From assembly GCF_006345805.1 (NCBI RefSeq), contig NW_021834483.1, forward strand, positions 1-48,644: a DNA stretch of 48,644 bases. Direction: 5' to 3'. Each line of letters begins with the position of its first letter. Position 1 is the first letter of the stretch. The position numbers and the translations under genes were made by a program. Origin of the DNA: Octopus sinensis (Eukaryota). Below are positions 38,271 through 48,644 of the stretch, piece by piece. The notes below the pieces were generated by a model, which was given only the letters and a program-made list of their open reading frames with translations, ran no database searches and was not told the origin of the DNA.

Positions 38271-39080
38271 CAATTTACCCGCCATTTCTATAACTCGCCA
38301 CTTTTTTTGGGAAAAATGCCTTTTTTACAAAGGAAATTCTCTTACTCGCCACTTTTTAGTACTAAAAAATGACAATTTATTATTTAAAAAATAATTTTTC
38401 AAATATTGAATGCTATAAAAAAGAAAGCTGAAAGATGAAGTCTCATTTTCTTATCTTGCCTGGAAAAATGTGTCGGTGGATACAATATCAAAATGTTTTC
38501 AGCACGCCAAATGGGAAAAAAGCATTGAAGAACCTATTAAAGGAGACCATAAAATAAAAAATTTCGAACAAATTATAGATAAATTAATGATTTCAGATCT
38601 CATAAAAGAAGAGGAGTTTATAGACTTTACGCACTCTGAAAATGACGAACTTCATGATTTTCTACAAAACAATAACGATAAAAATGACAATTTAAACAGT
38701 TCAATTATTGAAGATTGTGAAAGAAACAAATGTATTACACATCTAGACGCGATAAAAAGTGTTTCGGACCTCAAAAATATTTTTCACATGATGATCATTT
38801 TAATGTGAATATGCTTGAAAGTTTAATAAACATGAAAAAAAATATGTTGAAAAGATCAGTCAAAAAACTATCAATGATTACTTTACTTAAAATCTTCGTT
38901 TTTTAATAAATGTTTCAGATATTTATTTAAATGTTTAGAATCATTCAAATAGGTAGTTAAAAATTATAGACAATTTTTATGATAGAAGATTCGGATATTG
39001 ATTATTTATCTTACTCGCCAAATTCTCGCCAATTTTGACTTGGTCCCAAAAATGGCGAGCAATAGAGAGAATGAAGACTG
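38271..39080 (+). mobile_element. Internally deleted pogo/Tigger element
   Basis: TA flanks, diverged TIRs, CTCGCCA subterminal motifs, AWKNVSVDTISKCF transposase C-terminus. Confidence 0.75.
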
Positions 39081-39665
39081 TAATATTATTTGGTCAGATG
39101 AGACAAAGATAGAAATTTTTGGAGAGAATTATACAAGCTACGTGTGGCGTAAATCAAAAGATGAATATCGCCCAAAAATACCACACCAACAGTTAAACAT
39201 GGCAGTATTATATATGGGGTGTTTTTCTTCTCGGGAAGCTGAGAAAGTTTATGTAATAGACGGAATATTGAATGGTTCTATATAGTGTGATATTAAAAAA
39301 ATATTTTTTCGTCAATTAAGAAATGTGGTATTGCGGGGAATTGGAAATTTAAACAGGACAATAATCCGAAGCATAGTGCACAAAAGCTCAAGAAATGGCT
39401 AGAGGAACATTTATTTATTACCCTTGAATGGCAAAGTCAGTCCCCAGATCTAAATCCGATTGAAAATCTTTGGAAAGAATTAAAAGTCTTTTTTTATGGT
39501 CACATAATTACATAATCCAAATAATATCACGGAATTACAATTAACTTAAATATAAACAGTTGTTATAAAAAACACAATTTTATTAAAAATAAACAAAAAG
39601 ACTAAGACTAATTTGACCCATTGCACTCGCGTTAAATTGGCGCATCAAAATAAATAAATTGATAA

Positions 39666-41138
39666 CTAATTAAAAGATGAAAGTAAATAAATAGAATCAA
39701 TGGAGCGGAAATTCACATATTTCACAACGAGATGATCCCCCTGCATTAATAAACCTACATTTCGAACAACCAATCTCCTCATCAGAATGCACTGAAATGA
39801 CTCCCTCAACCAGAGTCAATAGCAACTCCCACAAGCTCTATCAACGACCTCATTTCTATTCCGTGACGGATCCTCGACAACAAATCACGATTCCCGTCCC
39901 TCACAGCCACCAACAAATCCCCAATAAAAGTCTAAATATCAAAACGGCATAATTTCACATCAAGTGAGGAAAACTCAGAACTAGTGAGAAAAACAAGCAC
40001 GTGAAAGTCTCCTATGCACTCCAAAAACGAATCGTACCCAAACTGCTGCCAATACTTCGCAAAACCCAACAAATTCTAAAAAATAGCTAAAAAGAATAAA
40101 ACTTGTGCTTCAAAATGGTCAGCTCGGTTTTCAATCGCATAAAATGTTTTAGAAACATCAAGAGGGAGTGAATAGACATTGGTCTTGGGAGTTCCCACTC
40201 ACAACTCAGTAATGAGGAACTCGTTGGGTACTGGTCTGGTCAGTTGCTTTACATTATTGCCGTAACAGTCAGTTTTCTAGACATTTCTACCCCAAGTAAC
40301 CGACCACATAAAATACGTCAGGGACATACTGATTGTCAGTTGATTCCTTTACGTATGACATCCCAGAACACCCGATAGTGGGCACAAGCAGTCCTTCCTT
40401 CACCATACACTGCACAGAAGCCTGGTATGCCTCGAGATGGATTTGCATGTCTTGTCCGCCTGCAAGTATTTCTATTAGAACAACCAGTGGCCACGACTGT
40501 CACAAATTTGGACCCATAATAACCCCCGTCGGCCAATTTGCACGGATTCGGATACTTGTTCTGATGATAGGCCGCAGTTATACATTCCTGCGAGCTCAAA
40601 TAATACGATTTCTAGCAATATAAACACTCCAAACAACATCATTCCCCCGAAAGTGCTTTACAGTCCCAGCACTCGAATCTGCTGACACCAAATCCATAAA
40701 AATCCACCCAACAACGACCAATCCCAACTGGGCGGATATCCACCGAATATTCTCTTCCCGAGAATCCTCCAACAACTCAATTCCATCACGACTGGACACC
40801 TAACCCTCCAAAAATACAACAATCACTTGAGGAGGCTCATAAATGGCCACTACGACTGCTTTAATCCCCAAAGGAAATTGTTCCATCACTTCATACCTCC
40901 CAAACAGGATTCCAGCCCTTCGATTTCCAGTTTTCCCCCCAAAAATGGAGAAACCTCTGAACCATTGTATCATTTTCGAAAGAAACAAACTCCACATGTC
41001 TATACTCCTTCAAAACACACATTTCATGTAAAAATAAACCTGTCGATTCAACGTGATGGCCCCAGGCTGACATTGAGAACAGATCCCGGCCGGATATGGC
41101 TTGTGGAGGGGACAGGACTGGTCAATCTTACATTTCGT
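39666..41138 (-). pseudogene. NPLOC4: NPL4 3' piece (zinc finger 2, MPN, CTD, NZF), multi-exon
   Basis: CKIDQSCPLHKPYPAGICSQCQPGAITLNRQ|[79 protein letters not shown]. About eight mini-introns, one homopolymer frameshift (40935-40940) and one in-frame TGA (40199-40201). Confidence 0.93.
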
Positions 41139-41196
41139 TAAGCGCGCGCTCAACGCCGCTGGATTTCATTCGGTCCTGGAACCGGTTGGGTTAGAC

Positions 41197-43423
41197 CAGG
41201 GGTTCTCAAGTGCGGCCCCGAGAATCTTTTTTGCGGCCCCGACTTCCAAACTTTAAAATAAATTTTGGATATAAAATTAATTGTAAATTAATATTATTAA
41301 AGATAATATTTTAACTACACGTGTTTGTAAATATATTTCAGGTTGAGTATTTTTTCATGCCATCAAAGAAATATCGAACATTATCTCAAGAAAATAGAGA
41401 ATTTCAAATTGAATGGGAAGAAAAGTTTTTTTTCGTTGAACTGAATGGTAAAGCTGTTTGTTTGATATGCAACTGTGTCATTAATTCATTGAAAAATTAT
41501 ACTATTGAACGTCATTATAAGAAGCACTCCGAAATATACAATTTATATCTCGGAGAGTCAAGGAAAAAAAAACTCAATATATTAAAGACGTCATTTAAAA
41601 ATCAGTCCTCAATATTTAAACCAGTGGAAAATAAGCATCAGTTATTAACGTCTTATAAAATTAGCCACCTTCTTGCTGTAAATATGAAACCTTATTCTGA
41701 CGGAGAAATTATTAAAACTGCTATTTCCATTTTTTGTGATGAATGTTGTCCGTCAAATATACAAAATATTGCAAAACGATTACCATTAAGTAATGATACT
41801 ATTACAAGAAGAATAGAATGTATTTTTGAGGACCTTGCCCGTCAGCTAATCAAGTTCTTTACTATTAAAAATAATTTTTATAGAACATCGAAAGATTTTT
41901 TATATCATTCTTTTGCTGTCGACACGAGTAAAAATATCTCTGATACCGAACAAATGGTCGTATGCATTAGAGGTGTCACTTCGGATTTTAAAATTTCTGA
42001 AGAATTTTTTTCTCTTCGTTCATTAAAAGGCACTACAAAAGGAATGGATGTACTTAACGAATTCCTTGAAAGTATTAAAGAATTTGACATTGATCCTTCC
42101 AAAATAATTTCCATATGTACTGATGGGGGGGCGAATATGATTGGTCGTAATAAAGGGTTTCATGGACTTTATTCAGAATGGAGACTTGAAAAAAATCTTG
42201 ATCCTATATTTTGGCAACATTGTATCATTCATCAGGAGAATATAATCGCAAAGTCACTTAAAATGCAAAATGTAATAAGTACGGTGTTGTCCATTGTGAA
42301 TTGGATACGCGGTAAATCTCTCAATCACAGGAGATTTAAAAAAATGTTAGTGGAAATTGACACAGTGCATAATGATGTGCTTTACCATACCACTGTTCGA
42401 TGGTTGAGTCGTGCCGCGTGCCTCAAAAGGTATATTGCTTGAATAGAAGTTAGATTTTATGAACTACTCCCTCAAATAAGAGAATTTGTTAAAGACCACA
42501 AATACCATGATTTGTTGAGCAGTAAAGAGTGGATTGCCGATTTAGCTTTTTGGGTAGATCTAACCTCTCATTTATCGTCGTTAAATTGTGAATTACAGGG
42601 GAAATATAAATTTTGCCATCAACTCTATGGATCTATTGCTTCTTTTATATCAAAATTAAAACTTTGGAGGGATCAAATAATGCTCAAAGATACAATTCAT
42701 TTTACTTGTTTGAGTGAAAATAAAGCTAACGGTTCATTTGAAAAATATACTACCATTATCAGTCACCTTATTGTTGAATTTGAAAAACGTTCTAAGGTTT
42801 ATTAAAATTTAGTTTATTTTAAGAATTTTGATGAAATTTTGCCATCAATGAAAATTTTTGCAGCACCATTCAATATAGATCCTAAGAATGCTCCGCCATC
42901 ACTCCAATTAGAATTGATAGACCTTCAATCAGATGTGCAATTTACCTCAGTGCAAAAGATTGAAAATTTAATGGAATTTTATAGTTCACTTCCCAAAGAA
43001 AAATATCCGAATATACTCATAAATGCTTATAAATATGCTTCAATGTTCGGATCCACTTATTTATGTGAGTCAATTTTCAGTAAAATGATTCACATAAAAA
43101 ATAAATATCGAAATAAATTGACTGATAATCACTTATGCCAGCTTTTGCGATCTACATGTGCCTCCTATATTCCGTGTTATGACAAATTAGTTAACAATTA
43201 GTTAAAATAGCTAACAATTTTTCGTTTTAGTTAACAATTTTTCGTTTTAGTCATTTTCCTTTAATTAATTAAGACTAACTATCTCGGTTTCTGAATAAAA
43301 AATGAATCTAAAAAAAAATTAGTTAAAAGTTAATGAAAGTTTTAATTTAATTTATTCTGCGGCCCCGAAGACAATGGTTAATTATCGATTTGGCCCCGAC
43401 GTTAAAAAACTTGAGAAACCCTG
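41197..43423 (+). mobile_element. Complete Buster/SPIN-type hAT transposon (2227 bp)
   Basis: TIRs CAGGGGTTCTCAA / TTGAGAAACCCTG; perfect 8-bp TSD GGTTAGAC (41189-41196 and 43424-43431); GGCCCC subterminal motifs. Confidence 0.97.
41357..43201 (+). CDS. Spliced hAT transposase (~587 aa), GTF2IRD2/SPIN-like
   Basis: BED finger CLIC..H, SFAVD, CTDGG, CIIH, RWLSR, STYLCESIFS. Introns 41854-41883, 42430-42453 and 42797-42823 join the three ORFs into one open frame. Confidence 0.92.
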
Positions 43424-44484
43424 GGTTAGACCGTGGTGACGGAAAACGTCCCGATGGGTCCACGCTATTCCCGTTCAAGGGGGGACTCGCTCTCGTTTGG
43501 GACGTCACCTGTGTCGACTCGTTTTCCTCGTCATCTCTCATCGACTCTGCCTCCCGCCCTGGCTCACCCTCCGCACATGCCGAATCGGAAAAATCGCAGA
43601 TCGGCGATTCCTTTCGGAGATCGGCTTGATGATCTCGAGGAAGAGTCACAAGAGACGTGAGTCTAGCTGGCTTTTTCAGCGCAATATCGCGAGGGAAATG
43701 CGCTGAAACTGCCTGTCTATTCGCTCGTCCTCTCAATCAAAGAATTAACGTGGATGAATTAGAATTTAATTGATTAATTTGGAAAAAATAGTTATATCTG
43801 AGTGATATTGATTAACTAGCAATTCTACTTTGTCAATGTTGACACTATTATTTTGATCAATTCTGGTTTCATGTGGACCTCGCTTGATCCCAACAAGTCA
43901 GAGAATTGTTTTTTTCATCGTCTCCTACCCGGAGCAACTATTCATTAAAATACAACTGATTCAAGATTAATTGAACTGCAAATATGTCCTCTTTTACTAA
44001 TTGTAGAGCGTATGAGTAGAAAAATAATATTGCCTAAGCGTTCCTTGGGATCCATTCTCTGTCTTGTAGAATGAGCACACTGAAATCAACAATGTAATTC
44101 ACAAAGCCCTGGAAAGACCTGGTTTTCCTTCAGTTCTAGAACTGACAGGCCTTGATCTTGAAGATGCGAAACGTCTAGACGGCTGTACGCTTTTGAATCC
44201 GGGAAGCAGCTTGTTTCCGAATCTTTCGCCAAGCGAGCTTTGAATTTCACTGCATGTCGACCCGGTTCGTCGGCTGAGAAGACGAATCCACGAAACTGTC
44301 GAAATACGATGATTTGTGCGATCTGTGTTTTCGGGGCCAAGACGCTTGCTCGTCTAAAGAAACTTGGCCGTGCACCCATCGCTCCAGAGATCCCAGGGAA
44401 TTTATATTCCTTATTCAGAAGATGTTTTTAAACGGGAATTATCTCTCAATCCTGAGAACTAGTACTTAATAACTAGAATTCTCT

Positions 44485-45230
44485 CCCTCGACCAACACCG
44501 CTTGGCCTGCTTTGAGACGGCATGTCGCCCTCACAGCGGAGCCTGGCTAAATGCCACTCCACTGCCGAGTATTGGGAACCTTCTGGACAGTGAGTCCCTA
44601 CTGACTGGAATTTGTTTACGTCTTGGTCTTCGCCTATGCGAGCCACATGTCTGCCGCTGTGACGCGAAAATCTGTCGTTTTGGACTGCACGCTTTATCGT
44701 GTAGACGCAGTGCTGGCCGAATCCCGTGGCACGCGGCTCTTAACGACTTTATCAGGAGAGCTCTGGAAGTCGCCGGAATCCCCTCCCTGCTTGAACCCTC
44801 TGGGATCGATCGGGGGGACGGAAAAAGGCCTGACGGGATTACTGTGTTTCCCTTCAACAAAACGAAGCCTCTTACCTGGGATGCCACGTGTGTGGACTCT
44901 TTCTCGCCTCAGAACCTGCTGATGTCCGCATCCGCCCCTATTGTCACAACCGCGGAATGCAAAAAGATGCGGAAGTACTCCTTACTTACGGAGAAGTTCC
45001 AATTTCTTCCATTCGCGGTCGAGACTTCCGGTTCCTTGGGTGGTAAGGCAATCAGCTTCGTTCAGGAGATCGGGTCCCGCATGTCTGCTATCACAGGCGA
45101 CGCCCGCGAATCAAGATGGTTTTTCGAGCGGATATCCCTTGCGATAGTACGCTCTAATTCTTTCTCGATCGCGTCGGCTTCCCGTCCATGAAGCTTTCAA
45201 CACTTGACCGAATTCTTTTTTCGTAATAAA
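44485..45230 (+). mobile_element. 5'-truncated CRE copy, CCHC plus RLE in an open frame
   Basis: GAWLNATP..CRCD..HALSC..KRPDG..WDATCVD..KKMRKY..AIVRSN; ORF 44502-45191. Confidence 0.92.
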
Positions 45231-45404
45231 CATATCAAAAAAATAACTAGCTTATTCCGTTTTCCATCGATATTTCTTTTACATTATCTTCATCAATATC
45301 TAAACATTATAAAATTTGAGTCATTTTCATTCCACATAAATGTACTATACTCTTTAGTACACTGAAATAAGATAAACGATGACTTTTTCGTTGATGAATG
45401 AATA

Positions 45405-46102
45405 CACTCAACCCTCTCAAATTGACCATTTTTAACAATTTACCTCTGAAAATTGAAAAAACTCTCAAAAATGGCCAATTTTCAAATTGGCCACAAATTT
45501 TAATTTTTCTTCGTACTATAATTTTTATTTTCAAAATTTTTTTAATAAATTTGAATCTTATTAATAAAATTTGTTGCACATGTCTTCTCTTAATAATTAT
45601 ACTCGTCTGAATTTCAATCAGAAAATAGAAATTTTAACTTATAAAGAGGAGAATCTTCATTTTTCCTGTCAGAATTTGGCCGAAAGATTGTCTTTTTTGT
45701 TAATAAAAAATTTCTCAAAAAAACAATCAACAACATTCTTTTGAAAAAATATTCTCTTCTCAAAGATAGCAAGATACACAATCTAGCCTCTAAAAGGTAT
45801 CAAATCTTAAGTTTCCTGAACTTGATGCAAAATTGGTTGAATGGATTGTCTTACTAATCTCATCTATAAGACGTTACAAAGAAAATATAGTTATATCTAA
45901 AAAAAACAAATTGGAATTGAATTTTACTTTAAATAAATCAATATTTTTTTATTTTCTTTAATTAAGAAAAATTATGCTAACTGAAGACACATCAAAGTAG
46001 TTTCTTTGAAAAATTGTCGATTTTATTTTCTAATTGGCCATTTCTCAAATTGGCCAACAATATTGAAGAAACCAAAAATGGCCAATTTGAGAGGGTTGAG
46101 TG
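45405..46102 (+). mobile_element. Non-autonomous pogo/Tigger element (698 bp)
   Basis: TA-CACTCAACCCTCTCAAATTG ... CAATTTGAGAGGGTTGAGTG-TA; FPELDAKLVEWI remnant. Confidence 0.9.
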
Positions 46103-46479
46103 TACTTATAGACAACTGAATAAAAACTCGTAGATCATTCGTGATTTTCTTTTACAGTCTTTTTTGTAACCAACGCGATGAATCTTTCAATTTGACTCTG
46201 TGATTGAAGGTGTTTCGGGCGACTAAACTTCTGTAGAATAATAAAGTAACTATTACCAGAGGTGAAGGCAAACGCATTGACGGCTTAACTAAATTCCCCT
46301 TCGAGCAGGGAAAATCCCTTTTTCTCTTTTTCTAACTATCCATAAATTAACTCTGTAAAAATAAAAAAAATTAATTCTCAAAGTAACTATTTCATTTTTG
46401 AATTCTTTACCGTTTTCTGTTTTTAATATTTGAGGAGGTCCAAAATTATAAAATAAATCTTAAAATAAAAGAAATTAAA

Positions 46480-46700
46480 AGTGCTTCCGTCAAATTAGTA
46501 GCTCGGGCAAAGCAAAAAATTGGAATAAATATTGCTTACGTTAAAAATATATTTAAGAGCATCATTTTCTTCAGGCCAGGGAGTCAAATCTACCATAACA
46601 ATCTAGTAACGCTCTCTTGGACCTTTTGCTTTAATGTTTATTAAAGGAATATGTGCTTTAAAAGCTGACTTTGATGTCTTTGTGAGGATAACGGATTCTA
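46480..46700 (-). mobile_element. Ginger-like integrase fragment
   Basis: IKAKGPRERY*IVMVDL..ENDALKYIFNV. Confidence 0.6.
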
Positions 46701-46856
46701 ATTTTTTTTTGTATATTTTTTTTTAGCATGAAAAAAAAAGAAATCATCAAAAGAAAACTAGCTACTATGAACTGGCTCGCAGGATTGAAAGACGGATTCT
46801 AATTATTAGTAAATTGGTTAGAATAAGAAACTTTAAAAAACTCAAAAAACGATTAA

Positions 46857-47321
<465 letters not shown>

Positions 47322-47469
47322 ATCACAACAAAAGTAAATTTACAAGTTATGATAAAAAATTTGAATTTTAATTAAATAATTTTTCTTGTCCAAATATTAA
47401 AAAAATAAGAATTAATAATCTTTTCCATCTGGTCACTAATTGCTCTAGAAAATTTCTTTTAGTAGACCG

Positions 47470-48240
47470 ATTGGCGTCACCCGATGTAACTATACTCTTA
47501 ATCCCTCGCATCGTCTACGGAGTGGTCAATCCTTTATGAAACGAGAAGCAATTACAACCCGATCCCGTTGAAGGTCAAGAAATCAAACCGAATGTCTTCT
47601 GATACAATTATCCGTATCAGATCATTGAACAAGGAATTGAAGACCAGTGAACACAAACACACTTGTTTGAAATGGAATCGCATTCTTACTGCCGTAAACC
47701 GTAATCGTTTAACGGGAGAAGCCTCCTATGGAGAGGCAGTGTGTCAACTGTGGTAAGTTAGGACACACCCGAAAGGTAGGTGGGGTGTAATCTCGAAGGT
47801 AAGTCGCACGGCTAGCGTTGCAGTCCCTGCGCCACAAAAGCAATCCAAACCTCCCAAGTCCGCTTGGGTGGCGAGGCCTGTGAAGCCTGCAAGCCACATT
47901 GCGAGCGGGTCGGTATCACCTTCGACGACAAAGTCCGCTAATAGCATCCAGTGGGCTACAGGTGATACCGCCCAGCAAAACCTAGGGGGAGGGAAAGACG
48001 TCCTCCATACGTGGAAATGCCACTGCACTCCTCCCTTGGCGAGCGTGTTCCCCAGGACACCATTAGTCCTGCGGCGCAGTTGTGTGTGCGCCTACTAAAA
48101 TTATGTATGGCGACGAAGTGCAGTGTAGCGGATATGCTACATTGCAACATGGCTGAGGCCAAGAAGATTTTTGGCGAGGAGCCGATATGATGCTCAACAT
48201 TATATCGGTGAACGCGCGCTCCTTGTCCGGTAAAGGAGAC
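47470..48240 (+). mobile_element. APE-type LINE 5' region: ORF1 with zinc knuckle and the first residues of ORF2
   Basis: RQCVNCGKLGHT knuckle at ~47735-47770; ORF2 start MLNIISVNARSL (APE motif I) immediately after the ORF1 stop. Confidence 0.7.
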
Positions 48241-48644
48241 GCCGTTATGCACACTCCTAGATATGAAAGACGAAGGGTGGAAATGTCGAATAAAACTCTA
48301 GGGGACATCAAGAGATTGATCGAGCGGGCCTTTGATTACAAAAAGGAGTTCGAGCGTGCGATTAATATAACAGATGCAAAAGCTCGACAAGGCTTTGCCA
48401 CCAGGAACCTACCGCCAATTGAGTCTGACCTTGTTTATGGGGTGAAAAGATGGGTCGCTGATATTGAGGTCTCTGGGGTTTTGGAACATTTGATTGAAAA
48501 GGCGAGGGAGTTTGACAAGAGTGAGCTGTTTATATAATTACTAAATTGGATTAATCAATATTGAACCTTTTGAATTTGATTATATTGATCTCCAAATACG
48601 AAGACTGCTTACTAAACTGAAAATACGCCTGAAGCCAGCCAATA

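Larger units (their letters stand above)
37450..39500 (+). mobile_element. Decayed Tc1 (DD34E-type) transposase interrupted by two pogo-family insertions
   Basis: HTH ..GKSIRKVS..IPKSTV, KVPLLT, IIWSDETK, QDNNPKH, QSPDLNPIENLW. Confidence 0.9.
41140..43735 (+). mobile_element. CRE RLE 3' fragment split by the hAT insertion
   Basis: KRALNAAGFHSVLEPVGLD|RGDGKRPDG..VWDVTCVDSF is contiguous once the hAT and one TSD are removed. Confidence 0.9.

Noticed and set aside
40199-40201. TGA recoding suggested by in-frame TGAs in NPL4, the 14.7-kb fragment and an integrase
   Set aside because: TGA terminates cyclin E and SAR1, TGG is used for conserved Trp, and the internal TGAs do not fall at conserved Trp/Cys sites.

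Overview
AT-rich eukaryotic nuclear DNA using the standard code, with minute GT-AG introns of 22-32 nt. Cyclin E and an NPL4 ending in an NZF finger point to an animal. Such introns fit a genome-reduced parasite such as a dicyemid mesozoan, but that taxon is an inference. Apparently complete host genes are cyclin E, SAR1 (one microsatellite frameshift), ubiquitin-RPL40 and a highly divergent histone H4 (one homopolymer indel). Many essential genes occur only as pieces: ATR without FAT/kinase domains, an internal POLE piece, a TFIIB-like piece, a rhodanese/USP8-like piece, and NPL4 broken into two near-exactly complementary pieces lying in permuted order on the same strand. The rest is a nested mosaic of transposable elements. 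These include at least 8 CRE-clade retrotransposon pieces (two with a PHD finger or its remnant) and a structurally complete Buster/SPIN-type hAT whose transposase carries three mini-introns. Also present are a CGGBP-like hAT, pogo/Tigger elements, Tc1, Merlin, Ginger-like integrases, a PIF1/Helitron piece and several LINEs. Two inversion-with-duplication junctions are visible. All homology calls come from motif recognition by eye; no searches were run.
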